Assembly: GCA_964016885.1 (NCBI GenBank)
Contig: OZ024749.1
Location: forward strand, 8,556,001-8,620,000
DNA: 64,000 nucleotides
Source: Eledone cirrhosa
Lineage: Eukaryota
Direction of reading: 5' to 3'
Below the pieces are notes generated by a model that was not told the origin of the DNA, did not search any database, and saw only the letters and a list, made by a program, of their open reading frames with translations. The position numbers and the translations under genes were made by a program. Below, in pieces: positions 1 through 17,706 of the stretch. Positions within the stretch are counted from its first letter, which is position 1. Each line of letters opens with the position of its first letter.

Positions 1-814
1 AAAACATACAATAAGAGACACAGACAACACAGCTACACACACACACACACACCATACATACACAGTACACACATACACATACACCATACACTGTTCACAC
101 ACACACACCATACACTGTTCACACACACACACATACACCATACACTGTTCACACACACACACATACACCATACACTGTTCACATACACCATACACACACT
201 CTATTTACACACACTCAACAAACACATACACTGTACACACACACACACTTCACACATTATTTACACACACACACACTCAACAAACACACACACACCCACA
301 CTCACTCACAATACCACACACACATACACACATTATTTACACACAGACTCACTCGACAACCCCCCCTCCGCACACACACACACATTTCACACATCATTTA
401 CACACGCACTCAACAAAAACACACACACACACACACACACGCGCGCGTGCACATCCCTTTAACAATCCTGTATAATATATACCTATCACTCTCTCTCTCT
501 CTAGATAATTATCTGTCTCTCTCTCCCGCTCTAGTTATCTATCTGTCCCTCTCTATCTATCTATTTCCCTCTCTAATTAACTATCTGTCTCTCTCTCTCC
601 CCCTCTCTAGTTATCTATCTGTCCCTCTCTATATATATCTCTCTCCCTCTCTAGTTATCTATCTGTCCCTCTCTATCTATCTCTCTCCCTACTCTGTGTA
701 TCTATTTAACTATATATCCCTCTCTGCATCTCCCTGTCCATCTCTCTCTGTAGCTCTTCCTTTCTCTCTCTCTCTCTATCTATCTATCTTCCTCTCTCTC
801 TGTATCTCTCCCTT

Positions 815-845
<31 letters not shown>

Positions 846-1508
846 GTATCTCTTTCCCGCTCTCATATCTCTATACCTATCAAACTCTCTCCTTCTCTCC
901 CACTCTCTGTTACCTGTGTAACTCACTCCCTATCTCTCCCTATCTAACTCTCCCCTTTTCACTCTTTCTCTCACTCTCTTTCCGTCTTTTTCTGATATCT
1001 CTCTCCGCCTCTCATACAAACTCACACATTTTCTCTCTCTCTCCCTCCCTCTCTCTCCGTCTCTCATACACACTCACATTCTCTCTCTCTCTCTCATACC
1101 CACTCACACATTCTCTCTCTCCGCCTCTCATACACTCACATTCTCTCACTCCCTCCGCCTCTCTTAAGCACTCACACCCTCTCTCTCTCTCTCTGACATT
1201 ACATTTCATCCAACTGTGACCCTTGAAACATCAGGTAAGAATGAAAAGCAAGAGGACGGGGCTAATGTTGACTTGTTGACTGATTGTCTGTATGTCTGTC
1301 TATCTATCTGTCTGTCTGTCTGTGAGTCTGTCTGTCTGTCTGTCCGTCTGGCTGGCTAGGGAATTGGTTGGTCGGTTGGTTAGTTAGGTGAGTGGTTGGT
1401 TGGCTGGCTGGTCGGTGGGTAGTCTTGTTGGCTGGTTTTCTGGCTGGTTGATTGGTTTCTATAGCCGTATAGAGAGGAGGGGAGTGAGAGAGAGCGAGAG
1501 AGTGTGTG

Positions 1509-1540
<32 letters not shown>

Positions 1541-1718
1541 ATAGAGAGAGAGAGAGACAGAGGGAGGAGTGAGCTAGCATCACGCTAGTACAACGAACAT
1601 CGAAATTCTATCATCGGAAGCTGATCTGCCGCTACCTTTACATCTCTTTTAAGCTTAGCTAAAAGCTAACGGTTTCTACCTGACCTGCGTCTCTGCTTGC
1701 TTCGCCTATATATATATT

Positions 1719-1751
<33 letters not shown>

Positions 1752-3424
1752 ATATATATATGGCCAAGGTTTTTAAAAATGATAAACTTAAATATTACAT
1801 ATATACACGCCAAGTATGACGGAAAAAAGTAGGCGAGAAATATTTCGATATACATACTTGTGTATAAAAACTGATAAATACGAGAAAAGGAAAACCATGA
1901 GAGAGTAAAAAGCTTCGTTTCGAAATTAAGGAAGAAGAAGAAAAAAAAAAAGAAAACCTTAAAAGAAAAAAAAAAAAAAAAATTACGCCACACCACAAAC
2001 CAACATTAACATCAATAACACCAACAACATAAACTAGTTTATCTGTTCTTTAAACACACATACACACATATATATATATATATATACATATATATATACA
2101 ATTTCTGAAGTTGTATTTTTAGGTGGTGGCGTTGGAATCTATATTTCATTTGGCAGCTATTTATTGTAAACTTTTCGAATCAAACGATAACGATTTCAAA
2201 TCCATTATGTCGAGTTGATTTTCGCTAAGGCTTTATTTTCTAACTTTCCTACTTTGTTTTCTACGTTCTCTTGTATGTTCTACCATTCTTTACCTTTAAA
2301 GCTATATATTATATATATATGAATTGGATTCGCAATGGTAAGGTTGTGAGTTCGATTCCTGGACCAGGCGATGCGTTATGTCCTTGAGCAAGACACTTTA
2401 TTTCACGTTGCTCCTTCTACCTGGAGTTGCGACCGATAGATAGTATTAGCAATTGGAAAGACCAACGGAAACGTTGTTTCCTCGGTCCGATTTGACGAAA
2501 GTCGATCGTTCCTTTTATATATATATATATATAATGTAATATATATATATATATATATATAATGTAATATATATATATATATATATAATGTAATATATAT
2601 ATATATATATAATGTAATATATATATATAATGTAATATATATATATAATGTAATATATATATATAATGTAATATATATATATATATAATGTAATATATAT
2701 ATATATATATAATGTAATATATATATATATATATAATGTAATATATATATATAATGTAATATATATATATAATGTAATATATATATATATATAATGTAAT
2801 ATATATATATATATAATGTAATATGTATATATAATGTAATATATATATACATAATGTAATATATATATATATACATAATGTAATATATATAATTATATAC
2901 ACCGTGCACATATGTGTGCCTATCAGTTATATAGAAATAAATGTATTAATAAGCAGAGTTTAATAACATCGTTGTTAATTATTAATAAATATTAATAATT
3001 GTTTCTACTTTAGGCACAAGGCCAGCAAATTATCCAGTACATTACTGGTACTTTATTTTATCGACCCCGTAAAGATGAAAGGCAAAGTCAACCTCGGCGG
3101 GATTTGAACTCAGATCGTAAAGGGACGTAACTAAATAACCAAATTTACTGTTGGAAACATAAGTACAAGACTGTCACAACACAAACAACAATAACAACAA
3201 CAGCCATAATAATGATTTTCTCGCAATAACATTAAATGAAAATATAGAAAGAAAAAGAAATTAACATAAATAATTTAATAATAATTGTTAAGATATTTAT
3301 CCTTATTATCTATTTAACAATTATCTATTTATCTATTTATAATTATCGGGTTATAATTGTAATTGTGGTTATATTGTGAGGAAAGTGAGACAGACTGACT
3401 GATTGTGGACGCGGACGAGGCGGC

Positions 3425-5404
3425 ATGAGGAAGGCTTATGCAAAGTTGTTACCACTACTACTACCTTTAGCTGGATATATATTTCTAATGCACAGAGTAC
3501 CAAACACAGTCTGCAGTTGGGACAGCAGTAAACCTCAGGAACCAGGAGTTACTCTGAGTAAACTAATGGCACGTTCTTCTGGTGGTGGTGGTGGTACAAA
3601 CACTGGTGGTGTTGCTGGTAGTATTGATGGTGTAGGAGGTGGTGTTAGTGGTGGTGTTCTTGGTGTCGTTGTTGGTGCTAATGGTGGTGCTGCTGCTGCT
3701 GCAGCTGGTGGTGGTGGTGGTGGTGGTGTTGGTGTTGGCAGTCGTCGTCGTGTAGACGTTAGGAATGGTTTCGGAGGCCGCATCGGTGTCGGTGTAGACA
3801 GTGTTGGAGGCGGCGTTGCTGATGGTGGTGGTGGTGGTGGTGGAGGTGGTGGAGGTGGTGGTACTGTTGTTGTTGTTGCTGGAGCTGCTTACGGCAGTGA
3901 CGTTGATGATGATGATGGTGGCGGCGGCGGCGGAGGTGGTGGTGGTGGTGGTGGCGGCGGCGGCGGTGCAGGACCCGGTCGTGGACTCGCAGTGGCCGGT
4001 CAGTTCGATGCAGAAACACAACAAGCAAGGAGGTGGCGGGGTGAGGATAGTTTTGACGGTGGTGGAGGGAGCAGCAATAGTAAGAATAGAAGAAGAGGAG
4101 GAGAAGGAAAAGGCGAAACTGTTGGTGGTGGTGGCGGTGGGGGCGCTAATTCCTTTCGTTTTGCGCAGCAGCCAGCGGACGTCGGTTCGTCCGTGGAGGA
4201 CGACCCAGATCCTGCTATGGTGGCAGATACTGGCAGATTTCCACACGACCGTCGTTTACTAACAGGACAACAACTACAGCCACTGGACGTTGCGAAAATG
4301 TCGCCGAAATTCAGGCAGCTACATAACTTACAGCGACAACAAAGGATACAAGAACAACGACAACTTCAAGAAGAACTCCGTAAAAAACATTACACCAGGC
4401 AGCTACACCCCTCCCGTACTAACGGTGCCTTCCCCCCAGACATCCATCCACACCAGGTTTTCCGTGAGTACATTTTTAATTGTTCCAATATACACGATAT
4501 AAAAATCGTGAGAAAAGTTGGCCACGGAGTGTCAAAGCAAACGTACCTGGGTACATTCCGAGGTATGAAGGTCGCCGTTAAAATGGTCACAAGACACGTA
4601 TCTGACATACAAAGTTGTTTAAAGAGACTTAAAGAACAAGGTGACAACCCAAACTCGATGAAAACTCGCGAGAAATGTTTCGTTTTTCCGACCATGAAGT
4701 TAATGAAGGAGATTTTGCTCCTGGAACAGTTAAGTCACCCCAACTTAATTAAATTACTCGGATTTTGCGTGCGCAGCGAGGAAACGGATACCACTGATCT
4801 TTCTGAGCACGGAATAATAGCCGTACACGAATTCGGGGAACATTTTATGATTGATAATTTACGCATCCTTCCATGGCAGACACGTTTAAAGCACGCCCGG
4901 CAGCTAGTATCGTTGTTACAATATCTGGAAAACTCCCCCATAGGATCTTTACGTATTTCAGACTTCAAAGAAACCCATTTCCTCTTAGTTAACAACGATC
5001 GCATCAAAATGATAGACATGGATGACATCCACAACATCGAACCGAAATGTTCCTCGTACAACCGACCAACTGTCGGAATGATAGCTAAAGACATGCAAGC
5101 GCAGCTGGGACGTGTGGAAAACGAATGTGAATATTCCCTCCCTTGCCGCATGGCACTCTGCCTCGGCTTCAACGCCAAGTTCAACTTAGACAGAGCCAAT
5201 GCGTTGTTCTTCAAGCGCCTGTTATTCCCCACGTCCTTCCCTTCCAACATAACTCGCAGACTCGAAGAACTAAATGTCGAATTAGACACATTATCAATAA
5301 GCACATCGGATTTGTTACACGAACTGGAGTCTATCCAACTCATAGCCGACGAGATTTTAAAAAATATCAAAAGGAAAGCAAGGACACGAGGAGTCAGAGG
5401 ATAA
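3425..5404 (+). CDS. PKDCC: PKDCC/VLK-like extracellular (secretory-pathway) tyrosine protein kinase, single uninterrupted ORF, 659 aa
   Basis: N-terminal hydrophobic signal/anchor ([16 protein letters not shown]). The kinase domain has PKDCC-family motifs: C..I..V..VGHGVSK, VAVKMV...D..SC, C....[29 protein letters not shown]....L..LL.YL..SPIGSL...DFK..HFLLV, K.IDMDD, C..C.GFN.K.NL..AN..FF..LL. A Gly-rich low-complexity segment at about 3580-4150 is encoded by (GGT/GGC)n. Confidence 0.9.
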   Translation: MRKAYAKLLPLLLPLAGYIFLMHRVPNTVCSWDSSKPQEPGVTLSKLMARSSGGGGGTNTGGVAGSIDGVGGGVSGGVLGVVVGANGGAAAAAAGGGGGGGVGVGSRRRVDVRNGFGGRIGVGVDSVGGGVADGGGGGGGGGGGGGTVVVVAGAAYGSDVDDDDGGGGGGGGGGGGGGGGGAGPGRGLAVAGQFDAETQQARRWRGEDSFDGGGGSSNSKNRRRGGEGKGETVGGGGGGGANSFRFAQQPADVGSSVEDDPDPAMVADTGRFPHDRRLLTGQQLQPLDVAKMSPKFRQLHNLQRQQRIQEQRQLQEELRKKHYTRQLHPSRTNGAFPPDIHPHQVFREYIFNCSNIHDIKIVRKVGHGVSKQTYLGTFRGMKVAVKMVTRHVSDIQSCLKRLKEQGDNPNSMKTREKCFVFPTMKLMKEILLLEQLSHPNLIKLLGFCVRSEETDTTDLSEHGIIAVHEFGEHFMIDNLRILPWQTRLKHARQLVSLLQYLENSPIGSLRISDFKETHFLLVNNDRIKMIDMDDIHNIEPKCSSYNRPTVGMIAKDMQAQLGRVENECEYSLPCRMALCLGFNAKFNLDRANALFFKRLLFPTSFPSNITRRLEELNVELDTLSISTSDLLHELESIQLIADEILKNIKRKARTRGVRG

Positions 5405-5413
5405 AAAATTAAT

Positions 5414-7615
<2,202 letters not shown>

Positions 7616-9499
7616 AGTTATTATATTGTTCGTGTCTGTGCCACGTGTACCTGATTACGACCTACACACCAACAGGAAGCTAGATATTCTCACTTAACGC
7701 AATTAATGGTAAACCAATATATTAACTATCGATCGTAGTACTATCAATATTTACGTTCTGAGTTCAAATCTTGTCGAGGGATCAACTTTAATTTTAATAT
7801 ATTCCCTAGTCGATAAAAATAAGTAATTACCCAGCAAACACCCAGTGCATTACTGGTACTTTATTTTATCGACCCCGTAAGGATGAAAGGCAAAGTTAAC
7901 CTCGACGAGATTTGAACTCAGAATGGCAAGGGCCGTAACTATGCGTCAAAGCATCGTGTCCGACCCTCTACCGATACTGCCAAACTGATATTGATTGATT
8001 TATTTGTTTAATTATTGATTTTCGTTATTTGGAAAGTCGTTTATATCGATCCGAGTACTTGACTGGTATTTTATTTTATCAACCTCAGAATAATGAATGG
8101 CAAATTTGAACTTGGTAGAATTTTAACTCAGGATGTAAAGTGCCGTAGCTAAAAGCCAAAGATTTGTTTTGTCCAACGGTCTAACGATTCTGCTTAGCCA
8201 ATTATATGTTTATTTAGCACAAGAACTTGAGCATGGGATACAGTAAACATTATAGATAAACATTATAGGTTTACAATACATCTAAGTGGAGCTAGACAAG
8301 AAAGTTATGTAAACGGAGGGTATTTTAATACTGGTTTCTCATTTAGGCACAAGGCCAGAAATTTTGTTGTGAAGGAAAAAATTGGTTAATATATTATTTT
8401 TCTGGTACTTTATCGACCTCGGAAAGATCAATCACAACGTTGACCTCGACGAGATTTGAACTCAATGTTAAATAACCGCAACCAATACTAGTAAGGATTT
8501 TAGCCCACGTTTTAACGAACCTGCCAGTCCACCATTCTAAGCTGTAATACTACATCTAGTAATTATTAGGTTTGAGTGTGGATTAGTAAAATTGTTAGAA
8601 CGTCGGGGAAATATTATTTACGGCATTTTGTTACGGTTGTCAACATTCTGCGTTTAAATCCCGCTCAGGACATCTTTGCCTACCACCCTTCCGGGGTCGA
8701 TAAAATACAACATTAATAAAGATATAATTGATTTTCACCTTCAAATTGCTGGCCTTGTGCTATAACTAGAAACAATTATTAGTATTATTCCGGAGTCGGT
8801 AGAATAAAATACCAGTAACAAACTGGGGTCGATTTAGTCGACTTTCCCCTTCCCCAAATTGCTGGCCTTGAAACCATTATTATTATTATTACTACAGAAA
8901 CCATTATTATTATTATTACTATGTGTAGTGTGTATATTGATATTATACGCAAGTATATATACATGTAGATATGATACATCAAATGAAATCGTAATTGACA
9001 ATATAAAACACTGTCTTATGTAATCAGTAACGTAATCCATGATATATTAAAAAGAGACGATATTATATATAAACTGTATTAGGAGGAAATTAGTGACAGA
9101 AATATATGCGATTATAAGTGTTATAATATAACTGCCTAACAGGAAGTGTTGACATTTGACAATTTTAAAGAAGTGAATCTTTAAATAAGTAATAAAATAT
9201 ATTTAATGAACAGCTACGGAATTTAGTAGATAAATTATGTAATATTCATTGATTATTTATTCAAAGTAATCCAACATATTTTACTAAGGGGATAAAAAAA
9301 TGATAAACCGTACGCAGTCCCGCGCTCCTTACTTTATTATAGTTTAGATATAGTGTATGTAGATTCATTTTTAACTTTACTATTCCAATCTTTCCACACA
9401 ATCCATCTACATTAATTTCTAGGAGTTAAACTAGATAATATCGATATAGGGAATTATTATACACACATATATACACACGCGTTTGTGGGTGAGTGTCCA

Positions 9500-10376
9500 C
9501 GTTCATAAACACAGGTGTGCTTGACTACGTTCATAAATACAGGTGTGTTTGTCTACGTTCATACACACTGGAGTGTGTGATTCCACACTCATATACACAG
9601 GTGTCTGTGATTCCACGCTTATATACACAAGTGTGTATGCTTCCACACTCATATATACAGGTGTGTATACTTCAACGTTCATATACACAGTTGTATATGA
9701 TTACACGCTTATATACAGGTGTGAGTATGTTTCCACACTCATATATACAGGTGTGTGTATGCTTCCACACTTATATATACAGGTGTTTATGCTTCCACGC
9801 TCATATATACTGGTGTGTGTATGCTTCCACACTTATATATACATGTGTGTATGCTTCCACGCTCATATATACAGGTGCGTATGTTTCCACACTCATATAT
9901 ACAGGTGTGTATGCTTCCACACTCATATATACAGGTGTGTGTATGCTTCCACACTCATATATACAGGAGTGTATGTTTCCACACAAATATATACAGGTAT
10001 GTATGCTTCCACACTCATATATACAGGTGCGTATGCTTCCACGCTCATATATACAGGTGTGTGTGTGTTTCCATACTCATATATACAGGTGTGTATGTTT
10101 CCACACTCATATGTACAGGTGTGTATGTTTCCACACTCATATATACAGGTGTGTGTGTGTTTCCACACTTTTATATACAGGTGTGTATGCTTCCACACTC
10201 ATATATACAGGTGTGTGTTTCCACACTCATATATACAGGTGTGTATGTTTCCACGCTCATATATACAGGTGTGTATGTTTCCACGCTCATATATACAGGT
10301 GTGTATGTTTCCACACATATATACAGGTGTGTGTGAATCCACAATCATATACAGGCGTGTGTGTGTTTCCACACGT
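9500..10376. repeat. About 30-bp minisatellite (GTGTGTATGCTTCCACACTCATATATACAG)n
   Basis: Tandem units are directly visible and more diverged at the left end. Confidence 0.9.
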
Positions 10377-10636
10377 ATACACATACATACATACATACAT
10401 ACATACATACATACATACAAGTAGAAATATAAACACGAATACAAGTATTATACACACGTAGTAAAGTTTTCTGTGAAAATAAATTGGGAATAATTTTCTT
10501 TAGACGGAAACCAATGTTACTAACTCTCGCACTGTTATCGATGTGGGTGGGTGTAGATACTTCAGTGTTTAGTGTGTATGACTATACATGTGTGTATGTG
10601 TGTATGTATGTATGTATGTATGTATGTATGTGTGTA

Positions 10637-10685
<49 letters not shown>

Positions 10686-10774
10686 GTCTGTCGACGAGTG
10701 TGCGTGCACGTGTTAGATAAATATAAGTAAAAAGATAAACATTTCTATATTTACATCATTTCTATATTATATCT

Positions 10775-10820
<46 letters not shown>

Positions 10821-10938
10821 ATGTATATATATATATATATACACATACATGTATGTATGTATATATATATATATATATACACATACATGTATGTATGTAT
10901 ATATATATATATATACACATACATACACACACACATAT

Positions 10939-11030
10939 ATGAGGTCCCCCACAAAATGCATACACACTCACTTCAACAGTATTCTAATAAATATTGCCTG
11001 TACAGGTGTGTATACATTTTTGTGGGACAC

Positions 11031-11036
<6 letters not shown>
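10939..11036. mobile_element. About 95-bp Tc1/mariner-type MITE (further copies at 39414-39510 and, partial, about 39575-39640)
   Basis: Degenerate TIRs of the CAGGGTGTCCC.AAAATGTATACAC type, a shared core CTTCAACAG.ATTCTAATAAATATT, and TA-rich flanks. Confidence 0.65.
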
Positions 11037-11067
<31 letters not shown>

Positions 11068-13370
11068 AGAACGATGAGGGATAGTGAGAAGGAGGTAGAT
11101 AGATAGAGAGAGAGTGAGTGATAGATAGAGAGAGAGTGAGTGAGTGATAGATAGATAGAGAGAGTGAGTGATAGATAGAGAGAGAGAGTGAGTGATAGAT
11201 AGAGAGAGAGTGAGTGATAGAAAGAGAAGGGTGAGAGATAGAGAGAGGGAGCGATAGAAAGATAAAGAGAGAGGGAGAGAAGTGAAATATAGAGGGGAGG
11301 ATATAAAAAGTGGAGAAATATTGTTAATTCTATTGAGGGAAATACAATCGTTGGTGGAACCACACAGATTCTCACCAATTCTCGTCTCACGGGATTTTGG
11401 CAACTAGCTACTAGAGGTAGTGAGGAGGTGGGAGAGGGGGAAGAATCAAAGGAAACTTAACTCATATTGACAATCTGACCAAGTCCGTCGTCAAGGTAAC
11501 AAGAGCTCCATTTCCGGTGTGTACTTAGTGTTATCGTTGTCCATGTTTGACCACTCTCTCACAAACTGTATCATCTATCTACTACATATATATATATACA
11601 CACACACATAAACATACATATATACACACACACATAAACATACATATATACACACACACACATATATACACACACACACATAAACATACATATAAACAAA
11701 CACACATAAACATATATATATATACACACACACATAAACATACATATATACACACACACACACATAAACATACATATATACACACACACACATATATACA
11801 GACACACACATAAACATACATATAAACAAACACACATAAACATATATATACACACACACACATAAACATACATATATACACACACACACAAACATACATA
11901 TATACACACACACAAACATACATATATACACACGCACACAAACATACATATATACACACACACACATAAACAAACATATATACACACACACATAAACATA
12001 CATATATACACACACATATACATACATATATACACACACATAAACACATATATACACACACACAGACATACATATATACACACACACACATAAACATACA
12101 TATATATACACACACACAAACATACATATATATACACACACATAAACATACATATATACAGACATATAAACATACATATATACACACACACACAAACATA
12201 CATATATACACACACACACAAACATACATATATACACACACACACATAAACATACATATATACACACACACAAACATACATATATACACACACATATACA
12301 TACTTATGTACTCACATATACACTGCATACCCATCAAGATATATACACACATACTGACATATACACACACATATTCACTGACACATACATACAAATATAT
12401 TCATTCATATACACATATATATACATACTCCCACACACACACATACATACATGCACATATACACACACTACATGCACATATACACACACTACATGCGCAC
12501 ACACACATATACATACATAGACACTGCATATATACACATATATACATAAACACATACTAACATAAACACATATATTCACTGACATACATACAAATACACA
12601 TACTCCCACACACATACATACATGCACATATACACACGTACACACACTTACATGCGCACACACACATATACATACATAGAGACTCACATAGACACTGCAT
12701 ACACATACATATATATATACATACACAGATACTGACATATATTCACTGACACATACACACAAATACACATACTCCCACACACACACACACACATACTCAC
12801 AAACGCACACACACATATACATAGACACTGCATACACATCCATGCACATATATACCTACACACAAACACACACATGAACAATGGCAGCTACATATACACA
12901 CATTAAAACATACATATACAACATACATATACGTGTGTGTTACTGTGTGTGTGTTTGTGTGTGTATCTATGTAAACATATAAATTAGTGTGTATACATAC
13001 ATACACATAGCGTAAACGATGATGATGATGATGCACATATATATAGTTGTGTATGTATGTATACATATGAGTGTGTGTACATACATATATTTCTCTGTCT
13101 CCTTCGATTACACATACTCCCACACACACACATACATACATACATGCACATATACACACTCACACATATACATAGACACTGCATACACATCCATGTACAA
13201 ATATACATACACACAATATATACATACATGCACATATATACATCCATGCACATATATATATATATACACACAATATATACATACATACACATAGCGTGCA
13301 AGATGCACATAAAACGATGATGATGATGTACATATATATATATTTGAGTATGTATGTATACATATGGGTG

Positions 13371-13425
<55 letters not shown>

Positions 13426-13464
13426 GTCTCCTTCAATATATATATATATATTTCTCTGTCTCCC

Positions 13465-13496
<32 letters not shown>

Positions 13497-13724
13497 CTTA
13501 TATATACTTATGTATGACTTCATGTATGTAGATATGTCCTTATATGTGTATAGACATAAATATATTTCTAACTGCATGGCTTCCAAAAGCAACAAGAGTT
13601 ATCAAACAATAAACAAAATGGCATATCAGCGAACAAATATGCATATATATACACACACATATATATATGTACATAAACATACATATACATATATACACAC
13701 ATTTATATATACATATATATATGT

Positions 13725-13762
<38 letters not shown>

Positions 13763-14095
13763 GAAAATAGAGAAATTAATGTAAGCAAAAAGCCAACAAA
13801 ATATATATATATATATATATATTTACATAAACATAAATATACACACACATTTATATATACATATATATATATGTCTACATATATATGTACATAAACATAC
13901 ATATACATATATACAGACATTTATATATACATATATATATATGTCTACACATATATATAAATGAAAATAGAGAAATTAATGTAAGCAAAAAGCCAACAAA
14001 ATATATATATATATATGTGTATATATATATATACATATATATTTACATAAACATAAATATACACACACATTTATATATACATATATATATATGTC

Positions 14096-14140
<45 letters not shown>

Positions 14141-14150
14141 ATGTATGTAT

Positions 14151-14214
14151 TACTCTTTTACTCTTTTACCTGTTTCAGCCATCCGGCTGAGGCCATGCTG
14201 GGGCACCGCCCTTG
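14151..14214 (-). mobile_element. Extreme 3' tail (64 bp) of the same CR1/L2-group LINE
   Basis: TACTCTTTTACTCTTTTACCTGTTTCAGCCATCCGGCTGAGGCCATGCTGGGGCACCGCCCTTG matches the 3' ends at 38.9 kb and 62.3 kb. Confidence 0.85.
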
Positions 14215-14573
14215 TATGTATATATGCTATATTATTTTTGATTGCTGATCCCGCCGAGGTTAACTTTGCCTTTCATCCTTACGGGGTCGATAAATAAAGT
14301 ACCAGTAATGCACTGGGTAATTGCTGGCCTTGTGCCAATAGTAGAAACAATTATTTTTGATTACTGATGCAATATTTGTTTAAGACTGCCCACGGTTGTT
14401 TAATATTCAGTAACTCCTTCTTTCTATATAACGGTTGTGCAATGTTCACTAAATACTCCCGGCTAAATGATCAGTTAAACCATACATATACACAGACACA
14501 CACAATATATACATACATGCAGAAATATATATAAATATATATATATACATACACGTACATATAAATATATAAG

Positions 14574-14624
<51 letters not shown>

Positions 14625-14788
14625 TATATAAATATATATATATATACTTACACGTACATATATATATATATATGTATATGCATACACGTACATGCATATA
14701 TATATGTATATACATACACGTACATGCATATATATATGTATATACATACACGTACATGCATATATATATGTATATACATACACGTACA

Positions 14789-14826
<38 letters not shown>

Positions 14827-15479
14827 CATACACGTAAATGCATATATATATGTATATACATACACGTACATGCATATATATATATATATACATACATACA
14901 CGTACATACATATATATATATATATAAATATATATATATACTTACACGTACATATATATATATATATATGTATATACATACACGTAAATGCATATATATA
15001 TATGTATATACATACACGTACATGCATATATATATATATACATACATACATGCATACATTCACGTACATATATATATATATATATACATACATACACGTA
15101 CAGGAACCAATGTGAAGGAATTCCAATACACAAAATAATGGACCATGTTTGAGTTTGCCCTAAATAAATTACTAAAGTTTCTTTAAATCATTTTCATTAT
15201 TATTTTTATATGCATATAAATAGATATATTGATATATGTATATCTATATAGATATACATATATATATACATATACATATATATAGATACACATATATATG
15301 TATATACATATTTATGTATATACATATTTATGTATATACATATTTATGTATATACATATTTATGTATATACATATATATATATATATATTTGAATATATA
15401 ACCCTTTTCTCTTTCATTTGATACTTAATATTTCGTACCAAATGGAAAAACAGATTATATATGTTTACATATATAAACG

Positions 15480-15531
<52 letters not shown>

Positions 15532-15537
15532 TATATG

Positions 15538-15568
<31 letters not shown>

Positions 15569-15740
15569 ACATATGTATATATATATATATATGCATATAT
15601 ATATACATATATATATACATATGTATATATATGTGTGTACACATATGCATATATATGCATATATATACATAAATATATATATATATACATATGTATATAT
15701 ATATGTGTGTGTACACATATGCATATATATGCATATATAT

Positions 15741-15796
<56 letters not shown>

Positions 15797-16546
15797 ATGC
15801 ATATGTTTATATCTATCTAATCCTATGTAAAGCTCAACTTTATCTGTGATAGACGAAGTCTCGTGTGTGTGTGTGTATGGGTGTGTGTGTGTGTGTGTGT
15901 GTGCGTGTTTCTCTATTTAAGTTATCAAATTATTACATATTCCAAATGAAACTTGATAAAAAGTTGGTTTCTATGAACCTTTTTAACGTTGTGAACAGCC
16001 CAAATTTTTTGATCTCTTAAATTAAAAATACTTTCGGTTCACTGCATTAAATATTTTAGTCTCCATTTAACTGTATGTTTTCATTGCAGAAGCCATCCCT
16101 GCGTAAAAAAAAAATGTTTCCCGTGTGTTTATAACATATCATAAACTAATATATACACACTGTAAAGTTATCACACAAGCACACACACACACACGAACAA
16201 AGAGAGTATAAAGTGCGTATACGTATACTTAACTAAGGTATATATATGCTATACTTTATCATATAGATATCAGTGCAGCTATGTGTGTGTATGTGTACGT
16301 GTGTTTAAGTATTTTTTGTATATATGAATATAATATATAAAAATTGGAGTTTGACATGTATATACTTATGTGGCATGGAAATTGAATGAGTTGCTATATA
16401 TATATATATATATAAATATATATAAATAATATATAAATATATATATATATATATATAATATATATATATACAATATATAAATATATATATGAATACATAT
16501 ATATATATAATATATATATACAATATATAAATATATATATGAATAC

Positions 16547-16578
<32 letters not shown>

Positions 16579-17007
16579 TATATTTATATATACATATAAT
16601 ATATATATACAATATATATATACATATATATATTTATATATACATATATATATAATATATATAAATAATATATAAATATATATATGAATACATATATATA
16701 TATACATATGAATATATCTATATTTATATATACATATATTTATACATATATATATATACATATCTATATATATTTATATATACATATATATATATCATAT
16801 ATCTATATATATTTATATATACATATATATATCATATATCTATATATATTTTTTATATATACATATATATATCATATATCTATATATATTTATATATACA
16901 TATATATATATATACATATATATACATATATATACATATATATCTATATATATATATACATATATATCTATATATATATATATAATATATAAATATATAT
17001 ATGAATA

Positions 17008-17043
<36 letters not shown>

Positions 17044-17706
17044 GTGTATATTCACGAACTTGTGTACTATTATGTTAAAGAGCGTGAGTGAAACTGGAGA
17101 GATCGATAATGAAATAAATATAATGTATTTCTGAATTAGATAAATATATGATAAACCTTATAACTTGCGTCTTCATTTTTACTCGCGGGTAATTTAACCG
17201 GATACCATGAATTTGTTGCCAGTGGTAAGTGCCTAAATTCATTTTCACCTGTTTTCCGTGAATACACACACACACACATACACACACATATATATATATA
17301 TGGAGGTGTTTTTCGTTAATTCCTGAGCTGAAATTCGATTCTCGCCAATTTTATATTTGTATATGTATATATAAACATATGAATATAACAAGCATATGTA
17401 TAAACATATGAATATAATAAGCATTTATATATATATATATATAGTTTTGCGAAACAAATATTGTTATACTTGGGGAGGGTCATATTTGTGTAATAATATT
17501 GCCCACCAAACAGTGAGTGTGTTCTGTTATTAAATCTGGCAACATTATTACACAAATATGACCCTCACCAAGTATGATACTATATATATCTCTCTCTATA
17601 TATATATATATTATACATGGAAAGTTATATTTAAATTGTTGGGTTAACAACGAGTAAATATTTATAACTGATATAAAAGCACTCAACAAGTATTTGGAGT
17701 ATATTT

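Noticed and set aside
1480-2040. Possible promoter or 5'UTR exon of PKDCC
   Set aside because: The GA/GT-repeat to unique-sequence transition is suggestive, but no splice sites or TSS can be supported without transcript data.
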